Counted from the first letter of the stretch, positions 29,184-40,358 are shown. The stretch: 64,000 nucleotides of DNA from Pyrodictiaceae archaeon (GCA_027036135.1 JALVSY010000007.1:68880-132879), one strand, 5' to 3'. Translations and numbers: made by a program. The notes: generated by a model not told the origin, from the letters alone.

Positions 29184-30089
29184 GTGGCCGTGAACATTAA
29201 GAAGCTCCCCAAGAAACCATACGTGATACCGGGTCACGCCGCATGCCCAGGCTGCCCAGAGTCAATGGGGTTCAAGTACCTAGGCATGGCTCTCGGCGAC
29301 AAAGCAGTAGTAGTGATCCCCGCGGGCTGTAGCTCCGTCATCCAGGGCCTGTGGCCCCGGCAGGGCTTTGGGCTACCCATACTAAACATAGTATTCGCGG
29401 CAGCAGCCTCCACGGCGAGCGGGCTAGCTAGGGCGCTGAAGAGGAGGGGCGTTGACGCCCAGGTAGTTGTGTGGGCTGGTGACGGTGGCACAGCCGATAT
29501 AGGGTTCCAGGCGCTAAGCGCAGCAGCTGAGAGAGGCGAGGACATAATCTACATCTGTGTAGACAACGAGGCCTACATGAACACCGGTATACAGAGGAGC
29601 GGCCTAACACCCTACGGAGCATGGACCACGACGACCCATACCGGTAAGAAGCAGTTCAAGAAACCAATGCCACAGATAGTTGCTGCGCACCGAGTACCCT
29701 ATGTAGCAACGGCCAGCGTGGGCTACCCATGGGACTTCATAGCCAAGCTAAAGAAGGCAGCGAGCATAAGGGGCTTCAAGTACATCCACCTACACGCCCC
29801 CTGCCCCGTGGGGTGGAGATTCGACCCAAGCCTAACAGCAAAGATAGCCCAGCTAGCAGTAGAGACCGGTGCATGGATACTATACGAGTACGAGAACGGC
29901 AAACTAAGACTCAACCCGCCAAGCAACCGGCTCATAGACCCGAAGAAGAGGAAGCCAATAGAGGAGTACCTGAAGCTGCAGGGAAGGTTCCGCCACCTCA
30001 AGCCAGAGGACATAGAGATGATAAAGAAAGAGATAGAGACCAACTGGGAAGACATAATCCGAGCACTAAAAATACAAGGCGATCTCTAA
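29184..30089 (+). CDS. porB: Pyruvate/2-ketoisovalerate:ferredoxin oxidoreductase beta subunit
   Basis: GHAACPGC, GDGGTADIG, DNEAYMNTGIQRS, PCPVGW. Confidence 0.9.
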   Translation: MAVNIKKLPKKPYVIPGHAACPGCPESMGFKYLGMALGDKAVVVIPAGCSSVIQGLWPRQGFGLPILNIVFAAAASTASGLARALKRRGVDAQVVVWAGDGGTADIGFQALSAAAERGEDIIYICVDNEAYMNTGIQRSGLTPYGAWTTTTHTGKKQFKKPMPQIVAAHRVPYVATASVGYPWDFIAKLKKAASIRGFKYIHLHAPCPVGWRFDPSLTAKIAQLAVETGAWILYEYENGKLRLNPPSNRLIDPKKRKPIEEYLKLQGRFRHLKPEDIEMIKKEIETNWEDIIRALKIQGDL

Positions 30090-30244
30090 ACAACGATGCT
30101 ATAGACCTTCAGGGATTTTTACATCCGCTATCCCGGTAAACTCATAGCGCTTCTCTAGAGGGCGCTGAAGCGATAGGATGGAGAACATTTATCACCTTGT
30201 TACTCGCTTATCCTATCTTCTTATTCGGGGTAAGGGCGGTACTG

Positions 30245-30498
30245 ATGAGCTTAGCTAGGCAGATACGTGTCGGGAAAAGAAGAACAATTACTATACCGGA
30301 GAGTGTCGCAGAGGGATTAGGTATTAAGGAGGGCACTGTTCTAGAGCTACGCGTAGAGGATAATAAGATCATTTTGGTACTTGTGAGAGACGCAATAACG
30401 CTTTCTCTCCGGGGAGAAAATTCGCAAAAATCACCCTCAAGGAGCTAGAGGAGGAGAGTATAGAGCAGCAAAGGGGCTACATTAATGGAGAGAGCTAA
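30245..30498 (+). pseudogene. AbrB/MazE-type antitoxin, frameshifted near 30418
   Basis: RVGKRRTITIPESVAEGLGIKEG; shifted frame gives FAKITLKELEEESIEQQ. Confidence 0.75.
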
Positions 30499-30944
30499 GT
30501 GCCGAGTACTAATTGATACTAGTTTTCTTCTTCCCGCTCTTGGCGTGGAAGTTGAGAAAAGTGTTATGTCAGCAATACCTCTATTCGGGAGACTAAGAGT
30601 CTATTATCTTGAAGCTGGTCTATTGGAGGCTCTCTGGAAGGTTTTTGAAAATTGTTCCGGAGAACAAGCTGGGCCTTGTAGAGACGGGTATTAGGGCTAT
30701 CCGAGCGACTTATCAAGTACTGGCTCCTCCGCCGAGGGCTTTTGTCAAGGCAATAAGACTTTATCGTAATGGGCATAGGGATTATATAGATGACTTGTAT
30801 TACGCGACGGCTTTGTTTACAGAGACGTCGTTTCTCACAATAGATTATAGCTTCATGGAGTTTCTTCGAGGCCGCGGATACCCGGTAGAAGGAGTCGTGA
30901 TTACTCCGATGCTCCGAGACTATATTAAAAGTTGCAGGGGCTAA
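30485..30944 (+). pseudogene. vapC: VapC PIN toxin, frameshifted in a T run at 30642-30646
   Basis: LIDTSFLLPALG..EALWK / LKIVP..GHRDYIDDLYYATA..LTID. Confidence 0.78.
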
Positions 30945-30955
30945 AAGAAAAGGGC

Positions 30956-31966
30956 TTAGTCTTCGTAGCCGTATTGTTTTCTTAGCTTCTTTGCTGCCTC
31001 GGCTATTGAGCGTAGTTTCTGCCTCGCTATCTCCCTGGGTAGTCTTTTGAGCCCGCAGTCTGGGTCTAGGTAGATTTTCTCCGGGCCTAGTATGTCTAGC
31101 TTCATGAGGCGCTCCACGGCCTCTATTATCTCGTCCACGGTCTCTACTCTTAGGCTGTGTACATCGACTACGCCATAGCCTAGTTCCTTGTTGAAGCCAT
31201 ACTCCTTGAGGTAGGGTAGTAGCTTGAAATCGGAGTTCTTGAACTCTAGGTCTATCTGGTCTACGGGGAACTCTAGTATGTAGGGTATGAGTTTCTCTAT
31301 TCTCCCGAAGCATATGTGTACAATCTTCTTGGCATCTATGCCCTTCAGCATCACGTCTAGGGCCTCTTTCACCAGCTCTGCCTCCCCTCTACGAGGCCTC
31401 GCGGGGAGGGCTGGCTCGTCTACCTGTACGTAGCGGGCTCCTCGCTTCACGAACTCCTCGATCTCTCTGCGGAGCACCCTTGCGAACTCGAGTACTAGTT
31501 CCCGGCGATCACCGTAATGGGTGTCGAAGCTCCAGTCAGCCATCGTGTAGGGCCCAGTTAGTATCGCCTTGACGGGCCTGCCCTGGGAGACGCTCTGAGC
31601 GTACTCCCAGTCCATAACAGCCATCGGGGCAACGTACTCTACCCTCTCGTGTACAACTGGTTTACGGAAGTAGACGTTATCGAATATCCTTACCCAGTCA
31701 CCTATCCTGTACCCCTTAAGCCTCTCAGCGAAGTAGACGACCATGTCCTCTCTGCTCTGCTCCCCGTCACTCAGTATATCGACGCCAGCCCACAGGTAGT
31801 CCTCGATAACCTTCTTTATAGCTGGCTTGACTCTCTCGTGGAACTCCTCCTCGCTTATAACACCCTTGCGCCTCAGCTTGATAGCCTCCTGGGCCTCCGG
31901 CATCTTAGGGTAACTACCAACAACCGTGACGGGAAAGGCCCTCGGGACACGATACTCCTGGGCCAA
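30956..31966 (-). CDS. metE: Cobalamin-independent-type methionine synthase, catalytic (C-terminal) half
   Basis: [29 protein letters not shown], zinc ligands HICFG..LEF..PDCGL. Confidence 0.9.
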   Translation of the reverse strand: MAQEYRVPRAFPVTVVGSYPKMPEAQEAIKLRRKGVISEEEFHERVKPAIKKVIEDYLWAGVDILSDGEQSREDMVVYFAERLKGYRIGDWVRIFDNVYFRKPVVHERVEYVAPMAVMDWEYAQSVSQGRPVKAILTGPYTMADWSFDTHYGDRRELVLEFARVLRREIEEFVKRGARYVQVDEPALPARPRRGEAELVKEALDVMLKGIDAKKIVHICFGRIEKLIPYILEFPVDQIDLEFKNSDFKLLPYLKEYGFNKELGYGVVDVHSLRVETVDEIIEAVERLMKLDILGPEKIYLDPDCGLKRLPREIARQKLRSIAEAAKKLRKQYGYED

Positions 31967-32157
31967 GACTTCTCTCCTCGGGCCACTCTAGCAAAACACT
32001 CCTAGATTTTATCAGCTCCCCCCATGCATCCCTTATCGCCTACTCTGCGAGCACGGTATGAGGGAAGCCATGGGAAGAGGGATTCTTTATCCATGTTAAC
32101 CTGTTAGCTTTATATTGGTGTGGGAGTCCTAGTTTATGTTAACAGGGTGCATCTGGC

Positions 32158-32505
32158 TTGGAGACGTATCGGGAGCTTGCGTGCCAATACTTGTTGAGTC
32201 TTCGTGATAACTTGTGTGAAGGCCGCTGGGCACCCGCGGCTAGTGATGCACTCCACTTAGCTGATATGGTAGCGGCTATGGTTCTCGAGAAGCACGGGGT
32301 ACCTGTTCCTAGGAGTCATCGTGGACGCCTCCTGGCTCTTAGCAGACTAGATGAAGTACTGGCCAGGATTTATGGAAGATTACAAGAGCTGTATTCGAGG
32401 ATGAGCTACCTAGGACTCGATGGAGGCTTAGCCAGGGAGGTTGAGGAGCTAGTAGAGCAGCTCCTTGAGGGGCTTGGGAGGCATGGACTCGGTCTCCGCT
32501 GCTAA
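32158..32505 (+). CDS. HEPN-like protein
   Basis: Helical, PRSHRGR, LYSRMSY; overlaps the MNT gene. Confidence 0.68.
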   Translation: METYRELACQYLLSLRDNLCEGRWAPAASDALHLADMVAAMVLEKHGVPVPRSHRGRLLALSRLDEVLARIYGRLQELYSRMSYLGLDGGLAREVEELVEQLLEGLGRHGLGLRC

Positions 32506-33214
32506 CTTGGCGGGAATGGTGCTTAGCCAGTGCCCTGGGGCACAGGCAGTGCTGCTCTACGGCTCTGCTGCCAGGGGTGAGGCTACAGAGAAGAGCGATG
32601 TAGACGTGCTCGTCATCTCCAGCGAGCCTTGCCGGGTTGAGCTCGGGCCGCCCTATAGTGTGGTACTGCTTACCCTGGAGGAGTGGCTAGGGGCCCCGGA
32701 GACGTTTAGGGCAGAGGTGCTCCGGGATGCACTAGTACTCTATGCGTCTAGGCTCCGGCTAAGAGACCTAGTAGCGGGAGAGCCATGGCTCCTCATCCGC
32801 TATACAGCCCCGGCGCCATCCTCGAGGGCGTGTGTCTCCAGGGCTGTAGCGGAGCTCGAGAAGAAGGGGTTCGTGGAACGAGTGGCTCCCGGCACCGTAC
32901 TTGCCCCGCTCAAGGCTGTTGACAAGCTCTTCGAGGTTATCGAAGGCTGTGGAGCAAAGATAGTCTCCTCGCGAACCATAGTTTACCGGGTAACCAGGAT
33001 GTATTGTGGTAGGTGCCCCTACTGCGGCGCAAGAATAATTGAGGTGGACTACGAGGAGGCGAAGAAGCAGCTGCGAGAACACCTACTAGTAGCTCATCGG
33101 GACCGGGTCGAGGAGGTAGCTGAGAAGCTACGGAGAGAGGGGAAGGGCTTACCCGGGGGCAGTCTCCGCGGCCTCGCTGGCTACCTAGCCTCCCTAGCTA
33201 TTCGTGAGTGTTAA
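32483..33214 (+). CDS. MNT with extra ferredoxin-like domain and C2H2 zinc finger
   Basis: LYGSAARGEATEKSDVDVLV; WLLIRY..ERVAPGTVLAP; CPYC..HLLVAH. Confidence 0.8.
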   Translation: MDSVSAANLAGMVLSQCPGAQAVLLYGSAARGEATEKSDVDVLVISSEPCRVELGPPYSVVLLTLEEWLGAPETFRAEVLRDALVLYASRLRLRDLVAGEPWLLIRYTAPAPSSRACVSRAVAELEKKGFVERVAPGTVLAPLKAVDKLFEVIEGCGAKIVSSRTIVYRVTRMYCGRCPYCGARIIEVDYEEAKKQLREHLLVAHRDRVEEVAEKLRREGKGLPGGSLRGLAGYLASLAIREC

Positions 33215-33440
33215 CCCCACTTGATCACGGCCTGGCTCGCCAAGTAGCGCGTCCCACAGATACTTTTCCTTTTTCACTTTTTAGTCGCTCTCTAGTTCTC
33301 CGCCGCAGTGTCAACATGGCATCTATGTTTTGCCTAGCAAGGGTGATCCCGGAGAAGGGGCTAAGGACTCTGAGAAATCTGGTCCATGGCTATTTCTGCC
33401 GCTAGCTCCTCTCGGCTCTGCAATTGGCTTAGGTGGTGGT

Positions 33441-34306
33441 TTAGGGAGGGACTAGGACGAGGGCTATAGAGGACGGGTAGAGTGGTATCTTTTTTGTGAC
33501 TTGTTCTCCGTCGGCGTAGCTTAGCCTGACAGTGATGTAGCCTAGGTGGTAGAGCTTGACCGTTATGTTTGCACCAGGGCAACTAGCTTCTAGGCGGTGA
33601 TAGCTCTTATCAAGGGTTCTTAGTGGCACTATTACTCCGTTTCTCTCATTGAATGGTGGTGAGTAGGGGCTTGTCCCCGTGAATTGGGCGTAGAGCCTGG
33701 CCTCGGCCCGGTTCTCGCCCTTTAGGGTTATTGTTAGGTTGCAGGGCTTATCCGCTACTATGGCTGCGTAGAGTGGGGTGATACGGGGAACATTCAGAGA
33801 TATCTTGTTGGAGGCGCTCCTGGATTCTACCTTCTCTATCTTTATTGCTTGGAGGATACGGGAATCGTATTCTTGGTTGACGCGTATTATTGCGGTGACC
33901 TTGTGGGGCTTGGAGTAGAGCCTTACTAGTGCTGTTAGCGTGCCCCTCGTGGATGAGGTGCTATAGGGCCCGGACATAGAGACAAATAGTTTACTTTATG
34001 GGCCTTCTCTCCTCTGAGCCCTATATGGGCCAATACGTGCCCATCGTAGATAATATCCATGCCTACTAGCCCAACGCCTGGATTAGCGCTCATAGAGCCT
34101 ACGCAGGTCACGGCTGTGAAGTTGACTTGTAGCCCCGGAGGCCCTGGAAGTACGCTGCAGTACTCGGAGAAGCTCTTCCCGGAATAAGTGTTGCTGGGCC
34201 TACTTAGCAGTTGGAGAGCTATGAGGGTTGCTGAGAGAATAGCGACGACGAGGACTATTGCTACTGCTTTGGCTGTGTCGGAGTCTCGCGGCAACACAGA
34301 AGGCAC
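33441..34306 (-). pseudogene. Membrane-anchored extracellular protein, probably one gene split by a frameshift near 33975
   Basis: ORF 33935-34306 carries a signal anchor; overlapping ORF 33441-33977 continues beta-rich sequence. Confidence 0.5.
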
Positions 34307-34415
34307 TGATAGTGATACGGGCCACGTATCACCTTATATAAGCATAATGCGTAGTAATCACCGAGATGTGGCCAAAAGGCTTCTACTGGAGCTCGATGAG
34401 CACCCTCTAAGAGGA

Positions 34416-35174
34416 CTAGTCCATGGCTGCCTGCTTCCCTATCACTAGCTCCTCCTTGGCCTCCTTCGCGGCTTTGAGCGCCTCTCTCAGCGTTTTCTCG
34501 GAGAGGGGCGAGGAGACGAGGACCCCGTCTACTAGGCCTACTAGCTCCTTCATGACCCTGGGCAGGTCCTCGGGCTCGTAGACTGGCTGGTGGCCTCTCA
34601 GTGTCTCGTAGAGGAGTTTGCGGTTATCAGCCTCCGCTATCACTATGTATGGGATTATTCTCTTGCCCCAGCGCCGCCGAGCCTCCTGCACCACTCCACC
34701 GAGCTGCCGGGGCGACCATAGCCTAGTGGCGAGGAAGAAGTCTATGGGCTGGGCGAGCCTCTTCGCCTGCTCCTCCACGGGCTTCGCTAGGCTCAGTATT
34801 GCGCCAAGCTCTACTCGGAGCCCCTTGGACTTGACGAGCTTCACTGCTGCCTCTGTGCTGAGCTCCGCCACTGACCTCCCGTACTTTGGGGGATCGCCTT
34901 GGAGGAGTACTACGCCGCGAAGCCCTAGTAGCTGGGCAGCACCCACAAGGCTTAGCAAAGCATTAGCATTTATGTCTAAGAGCCTAATATTCGCGACACC
35001 ATGCGCCACTGCCTCCCGGGCAACCAGGTAGCTCACCGCGATGGCGTGCGCACTAGGCTTGCCGAGAGGAGCTTCAGGCACATTAACCACGTCGGGGAGC
35101 CCACGTATGCTACGAGCAACAGCCGCTACCTTAGCCGGGTTCTTGCTCGGCGACACCTCGGCCCAGATCTCCAC
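34416..35174 (-). CDS. metF: Methylenetetrahydrofolate reductase-like protein
   Basis: AEVSP, NVPEAPLG, NIRLLDIN, LLQGDPP; MTHFR barrel pattern. Confidence 0.72.
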   Translation of the reverse strand: MEIWAEVSPSKNPAKVAAVARSIRGLPDVVNVPEAPLGKPSAHAIAVSYLVAREAVAHGVANIRLLDINANALLSLVGAAQLLGLRGVVLLQGDPPKYGRSVAELSTEAAVKLVKSKGLRVELGAILSLAKPVEEQAKRLAQPIDFFLATRLWSPRQLGGVVQEARRRWGKRIIPYIVIAEADNRKLLYETLRGHQPVYEPEDLPRVMKELVGLVDGVLVSSPLSEKTLREALKAAKEAKEELVIGKQAAMD

Positions 35175-35496
35175 GGCCCTATCACACCTCTTCGTCTAGG
35201 CTCTTCGGTCGACGTATCGCATGCTTATACTATACCGTATCTTATTCGCTATGACGTAGGAGAAACGCTGTCTTCCTACTAAAATATTTCCACTATACTC
35301 AGTCTCGGTTCTTCTTCGCTACGTGTCTACACCTAATCTATCCCTAGAGCCTAGGTATACGGCGGTAACCACGCATAGCTAATCTCTAACACCCTATGCA
35401 GAGATTTTGATCTTATACCAGGCTAGCCCTAGTGAAGAGCACTGACGTTAATACTTGTACTCTAGTAGGATAATATATGAGGGGTTGTAGCCTACC

Positions 35497-35751
35497 TTGA
35501 GCATAGTGGTTAGTATACATGTTAAACGAGATATTGTGCTGCTCGTCGACGAGATGGTTCGTTACGGGATGGCGTCTTCTAGGAGCGAAGCTCTTCAACT
35601 ACTACTTGAGGCGGGTGTAAAGGCTGTCAGGGAGGAGCTAGAGCGTAGAAAACGCATCAGGGAGCTAGTGGAGCTGTTTGAGAAACAGGGTGGTATACGG
35701 CTAGGCAGGAGAGTAGATGTTGTAAGCGAGCTACGAGAGATGAGGGAGTAG
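35497..35751 (+). CDS. RHH-type VapB antitoxin
   Basis: VSIHV..VDEMVRYGMASSRSEAL; VSELREMRE ending. Confidence 0.8.
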   Translation: MSIVVSIHVKRDIVLLVDEMVRYGMASSRSEALQLLLEAGVKAVREELERRKRIRELVELFEKQGGIRLGRRVDVVSELREMRE

Positions 35752-35756
35752 CTAAG

Positions 35757-36218
35757 GTGACTGTAGATTATCTTGATACCAGCTTTGTATTATCTCTTTC
35801 AATAAAGGATGACATCAATCACGAAGCCGCCCTGGAACTGGAGAAGACAATAGGCGATGCAATTGTCTCCAAGCTGGTCATAGCCGAGCTGTATACGTAC
35901 TTTTCCCGCGTCCTGGACCAATACAGAGCAATCTCCTCGGGAACTGGGAACTATGAAGAGTACGTTGAAGCCATGGTTCAATATAGTATTCAGAGAACAC
36001 ATGCTAGGATAATTAATACAAGCCTAGACGAGCTACTAGAGATGACCTCGCACTATGCTCCTAGGCTTAGACTGAGAACACTAGACCTCCTTCATGTACT
36101 AGCGGCATACAAGCTAGGCGCAAACCGAATAATTACACTTGATAAGGACTATGAGGCAAAGAGCCACTTGATAAAGAAATGGCTTGGCTTAGAAGTAGTA
36201 ACTCCTTGGCCAAAATAG
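35757..36218 (+). CDS. vapC: VapC PIN-domain toxin
   Basis: YLDTS, LRTLDLLHVLAA, TLDKD. Confidence 0.88.
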   Translation: MTVDYLDTSFVLSLSIKDDINHEAALELEKTIGDAIVSKLVIAELYTYFSRVLDQYRAISSGTGNYEEYVEAMVQYSIQRTHARIINTSLDELLEMTSHYAPRLRLRTLDLLHVLAAYKLGANRIITLDKDYEAKSHLIKKWLGLEVVTPWPK

Positions 36219-36355
36219 GTGCTGATAAGTGTTAGAAGCTGGGGAGCAGCGACGTAATATGTAATATATGGTATTTCGCAAGCAGGATATAGACCTACCT
36301 AATACGGAAAGTCAACGATTTAACCCGTGTGTAGTCCGTGTAGAGTCTCTATAGT

Positions 36356-37141
36356 CTATGGTTGAGCTATTGTAAGGAGTTTTATTGCTTCGTGTACTAG
36401 GAGTGCGAGCGCTGCTACCGTTGCTAGTGCTGCGAGGAGCTGGGCTAGGCCTGCCTTGGTTAGTATTGCTCCGGGTGTTAGTAGTACGAGGCTTGCTACT
36501 TTGCCTAGGCTCGGGGTAGCGGGGCTTCCTAGGCCTAGCATGCTTAGCCCCGCCTCAGCGTAGACTGCTGCAGAGGAGGCTATGCTAGCGTAGCTTGCTA
36601 TGGAGCTCCACGCGTTAGGGGCTATGTGTCTGAGTATTATTCGGTGGCGTGGCGCGCCTATCGCGTGGGCTGCTTCGACGTAGAGGCTTCTGGCTATTTG
36701 CCTGGCTCTAGCCGCGGTTGCCCGTGCTCCTTGTAGGGAGGCTAGTAGGCCTATTAGGAGCCCTATCTCTACGGGGCTTAGCCTCGTCGCCAACGCGAGT
36801 ACCATGAGTAGGCTCATCCGAGGCAACCCGGCTCCGAGCGCCGCCAAGGAGTCTACGACCTGCCCAGCCTTCTCCGAGACGCCTGCCGCGAGCGAGGCTA
36901 TGAGCACTAGGATCGACGATGCCAGGGCAGCGAACGCGGCCTCTACGCTAGCCCTTATCCCCATGAGTAGCTCGCAGAGCGCATCCCGGCCAATGGGGTC
37001 AGTGCCCAGGGGGTGTCTATGGCTGGGTGGTAGGAGCGGTTGATAAGACATGGGGCAACTATGTAGGGCTAGGCTGGGCAAGATGGCTAGAAGGGCTAGC
37101 AACGCTATTATCGCTGCCGAGGCCAGCGCCTTGCTCATCAT
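36356..37141 (-). CDS. ABC transporter permease (DppC/NikC-like)
   Basis: HPLGTDPIGRD, YVEAAHAIGA..ILRHIAPN, AEAGLSMLGLG. Confidence 0.88.
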   Translation of the reverse strand: MMSKALASAAIIALLALLAILPSLALHSCPMSYQPLLPPSHRHPLGTDPIGRDALCELLMGIRASVEAAFAALASSILVLIASLAAGVSEKAGQVVDSLAALGAGLPRMSLLMVLALATRLSPVEIGLLIGLLASLQGARATAARARQIARSLYVEAAHAIGAPRHRIILRHIAPNAWSSIASYASIASSAAVYAEAGLSMLGLGSPATPSLGKVASLVLLTPGAILTKAGLAQLLAALATVAALALLVHEAIKLLTIAQP

Positions 37142-37146
37142 AGCTG

Positions 37147-38064
37147 CTATGCACCCGTGCCCGTGGCTAGTCTCGGATCAAGGGCTCTCTCGGCAAACCT
37201 ACCAACGACCACCACTAGGTACGCTACTGCGCCAATGAGGGTGAACGCTGTAGCTGCTAACACGGGGTCGGCGCTAGCTACTCCACGGTAGAGCATTAAG
37301 CCTAGCCCGGTGTAGCCTAGGAGTGGCTCGAGGATAACGCTTCTCTCGAGAACCATGCCGAGCATCGTGGAGGCGTAGGCCGTGTAGGGCGCCAGTACCG
37401 TTCTAAGCAGCTTAGCGTTTACCCGGTGCTCCGGCACGCCTATGGCTCGAAGTGCTTGCACTACTTGTCCCAGCTCTAGGCCCGGGTCCTCAACTATACC
37501 TGCAAGGCCGTGGAGGAGCCTAGGCCAGAGCGCGAGCCAGACAACAAGGATGTATGCAGCGAGCTTCTCGGCTCCGTGGCCAGGGAGGGGCGGGGGCCAT
37601 CCTAGCCACCAGGATGAGAGGAGCAGGAGCACGGCGTAGAAGTAGCCCGGTATGAAGCTTAGGGCACGGATGGCTCGGGGGATCCTTGGCCCCAGAGCAG
37701 TTACCCATGCCGCGGCCGTGGCATATGCTACTAGGAACCCTGCTCCTATGCCGAGTAGGGTCCAGGGCAGTGCCTCCAGGGCTAGGCTGAAAGCGGGCTT
37801 GTTATAGAGAATGCTTGGCCCCGTATCGGCTCTCAACAGCCCAGCTAGGAAGCCCAGTAGGCCCTCTCCAAGAGGCTTGTCTAGGCCGTAGATGTGTTTG
37901 AGGGCCTTCTCCTCCTCTGGGCTTAGTCCCTGGCTGGCACCGAGCCCCGTGAAGGGGTTGCCTAGGCCAGCGCGAGCAGAGACATAGGCGAGGACAGCTA
38001 CTACGAGGAGACCTAGGAGTAGCTCAGCTAGTAGCCCTGCTAGGCCTAGCCGCCTCCTTGGCAC
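37147..38064 (-). CDS. ABC transporter permease (DppB/NikB-like)
   Basis: YGLDKPL, DTGPSI, ALPWTL, SVILEPLLGYTGLG. Confidence 0.85.
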   Translation of the reverse strand: MPRRRLGLAGLLAELLLGLLVVAVLAYVSARAGLGNPFTGLGASQGLSPEEEKALKHIYGLDKPLGEGLLGFLAGLLRADTGPSILYNKPAFSLALEALPWTLLGIGAGFLVAYATAAAWVTALGPRIPRAIRALSFIPGYFYAVLLLLSSWWLGWPPPLPGHGAEKLAAYILVVWLALWPRLLHGLAGIVEDPGLELGQVVQALRAIGVPEHRVNAKLLRTVLAPYTAYASTMLGMVLERSVILEPLLGYTGLGLMLYRGVASADPVLAATAFTLIGAVAYLVVVVGRFAERALDPRLATGTGA

Positions 38065-38542
38065 GCTTGAGCACCTCTCGGGGAGAGTCTAGGCCCTCGC
38101 TATACGCCTTGATATCGAGCACGGGTGTGCCGTGGAAAGCGTCCAGTCCTCTAACCGCTAGGCTGCAATCTCCTACCTCCTCTACGTAGACGAGGGTTAA
38201 GCCTAGGGGACATGGCCTAGCAGGGCTACGGGTGGCGAATACCCCGGTAACGGGGAGAGAGCTATCCATGAACGGCTTGACCGTGAGCGGGGCCTCGTCG
38301 CCACTGGGCGCGCGGTGAGCGTACCAGATGACCCAGACAAGGGAGCCAGGGGACAACCCCTTGAGCGCATCGCAGTACTTCTCCCTTATCCTTATCCTGG
38401 CCCTCTTCCTCATTATCTCCTCGTTGTACTCTATCACTGTGTCGCGGCCACTGGGCCACTCCTCTGGTATAGGCTCCTCCCTCTCAACATAGCCGACTGG
38501 CTCGCAGCAAACACTATCCATACGGCGCGCCTCCTTCGCCAA
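38024..38542 (-). CDS. tsaA: TsaA/TrmO (YaeB)-family SAM-binding methyltransferase
   Basis: TGVFATRSPARPCPLGLT, GLDAFHGTPVLDIKAY. Confidence 0.85.
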   Translation of the reverse strand: MAKEARRMDSVCCEPVGYVEREEPIPEEWPSGRDTVIEYNEEIMRKRARIRIREKYCDALKGLSPGSLVWVIWYAHRAPSGDEAPLTVKPFMDSSLPVTGVFATRSPARPCPLGLTLVYVEEVGDCSLAVRGLDAFHGTPVLDIKAYSEGLDSPREVLKRAKEAARPSRATS

Positions 38543-38621
38543 AAAGGCTCCTCCCCTAGAGAAATGCCTAGAGGAATAACACGGACTGTGAAAAAGCGTA
38601 GGTGGGATAGATAAGGGGCCT

Positions 38622-40358
38622 CTAGTGGCTATGTTTCGGCGTTATTAGTGCGAGCTTGTTATAGGGCAGGGGTATGCCTCCGTCGATGCCTCCTGCCGTG
38701 AAGAACCAGTGAACCCTTACACCAGGCCTTGTCACCACGAATATGTTGGGGTAGTAGAGCGCTATCCTGGGGAGCTGCTCCGCTATAACCACTTGTAGCT
38801 CCTTGGCGTACTTGATGGCTTCCTGCTTGGTCTTTGCCGTTATTAGTTTCTGTACTAGCTCCCAGTAGGTCTTGTTGTTCCAGCGTGTACCGAAGTAGCC
38901 GCTAAAGTACCACGTGAACGCTGTGGGCGAGTTACCGACTGCTCCGTGCCCGTTTATCTCTAGGTCGTAGGCTCCCTTCTTTATCAACGCGTCTAGCTGG
39001 TGGAAGGAGTTAACAGTCTTTATCTCTATACATATCCCTACCTTTTTCAGCATGTCCTTGATTATTAGTGCTTCCTGTGTATACCAGCTCGGCGCGATTA
39101 GCACGGGGTGCCAGGGCTTACCGTTTGGCAAGTCTCTACAACCATCACCGTTCTTGTCTATTAGGCCTAGCTTGTCTAGTATCTTCTCGGCCTTGACTGG
39201 GTTGTAGGGGTACCTCGGTATGTCTGGGTTGTAGAACGGGCTGTAGGGCGGTATGTAGCCCGGTGAGCCGGGTAGTGCTGCTTTTAGGCTCCCAGTCGCC
39301 TTGATGACTAGCTCTGTGAGGTTTAGTGCATAGGCTACTGCTTTGCGGAACATTGTCTCGTTGTAGGGCCATTTGTCGAGGTTGAATCCTAGGAAGAGTA
39401 CCCAGTACATGGGCCCGCTCTGAACCCTTACGCCTGGCACGCGCTGCTCTATCATCTTTACTACTCTATAGGCCTTGCCCATAAACGTTGCTGTATCGAC
39501 CTTGCCGTTGATTATTGCTAGGGCGGCTTGTTGCGGGTTGCTGAAACCAATGTTCACGACTCTTATCTCGTCGTATAGTGGCTTCCCGGCCCAGAACCTG
39601 GGATTAGCCACGAAGACGTACCCTTGCTGCGGCTTATAGGTCTTCAGCATATAAGGCCCAGTCCCTATGAATGCCTCCTTGCCGCGGAAGCTGTAGGGGT
39701 TCGTCACGTTGTGCCAAATATGCCACGGCAGTATGAACACCGTGGAGGCGTAGTCCTCTAGGAAGAACGGGTACGGCTTAGCAAGCTTTATCACGACAGT
39801 GTAGTTGTCTTCGGCATACACCTTCTTAATTATGCTGGGGCTTAGCGTTTTCCACGCCCAGTGATGCTCCATTAAGTACTTGAAAGTGAATACCACGTCC
39901 CTTGCTGTGAAGGGCCATCCGTCCTGCCACTTCACGCCGCGGCGCAGGTGGAATACCCAGGTGTAGGGGTCTGGGTGCTCCCAGCTAGAAGCAAGCCATG
40001 GTATCACGCCGCTCTGGTTCTTCCACACCAATGTATCGAAGATGAAGCTTGTCAGTACGTAGCCCGGGCCCCGTGGATAGAAGAGGAAGGGGCTCGGAGC
40101 ACCCCAGTCACCCATGGCAATGATTAGGGTCTTCTTCCTAGGAATAGGCGTGCTCGCCGGACTAGTGGTTGTCGGTGTAGTGGTAGTCTTGACGGAGGTG
40201 GCTACTGTAACTGCTTGTGTTGGCTTAGTGGCTGTACCGCTATGCGTTATTGTACTTGTCGTGGAGGTATGGCTGTGTAGGGCATAGTAGGCTGCTCCCA
40301 CCACTATAGCTAGGACAATGATCACCGAGGCTACGAGACCCGCGCGGCTCATAATCAT
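38622..40358 (-). CDS. ABC substrate-binding protein (family 5, peptide/nickel)
   Basis: Signal anchor, Thr-rich linker, PWLASSW..FHLRRGVKWQDGWPFTARDVVFT, IGTGPY. Confidence 0.9.
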   Translation of the reverse strand: MIMSRAGLVASVIIVLAIVVGAAYYALHSHTSTTSTITHSGTATKPTQAVTVATSVKTTTTPTTTSPASTPIPRKKTLIIAMGDWGAPSPFLFYPRGPGYVLTSFIFDTLVWKNQSGVIPWLASSWEHPDPYTWVFHLRRGVKWQDGWPFTARDVVFTFKYLMEHHWAWKTLSPSIIKKVYAEDNYTVVIKLAKPYPFFLEDYASTVFILPWHIWHNVTNPYSFRGKEAFIGTGPYMLKTYKPQQGYVFVANPRFWAGKPLYDEIRVVNIGFSNPQQAALAIINGKVDTATFMGKAYRVVKMIEQRVPGVRVQSGPMYWVLFLGFNLDKWPYNETMFRKAVAYALNLTELVIKATGSLKAALPGSPGYIPPYSPFYNPDIPRYPYNPVKAEKILDKLGLIDKNGDGCRDLPNGKPWHPVLIAPSWYTQEALIIKDMLKKVGICIEIKTVNSFHQLDALIKKGAYDLEINGHGAVGNSPTAFTWYFSGYFGTRWNNKTYWELVQKLITAKTKQEAIKYAKELQVVIAEQLPRIALYYPNIFVVTRPGVRVHWFFTAGGIDGGIPLPYNKLALITPKHSH

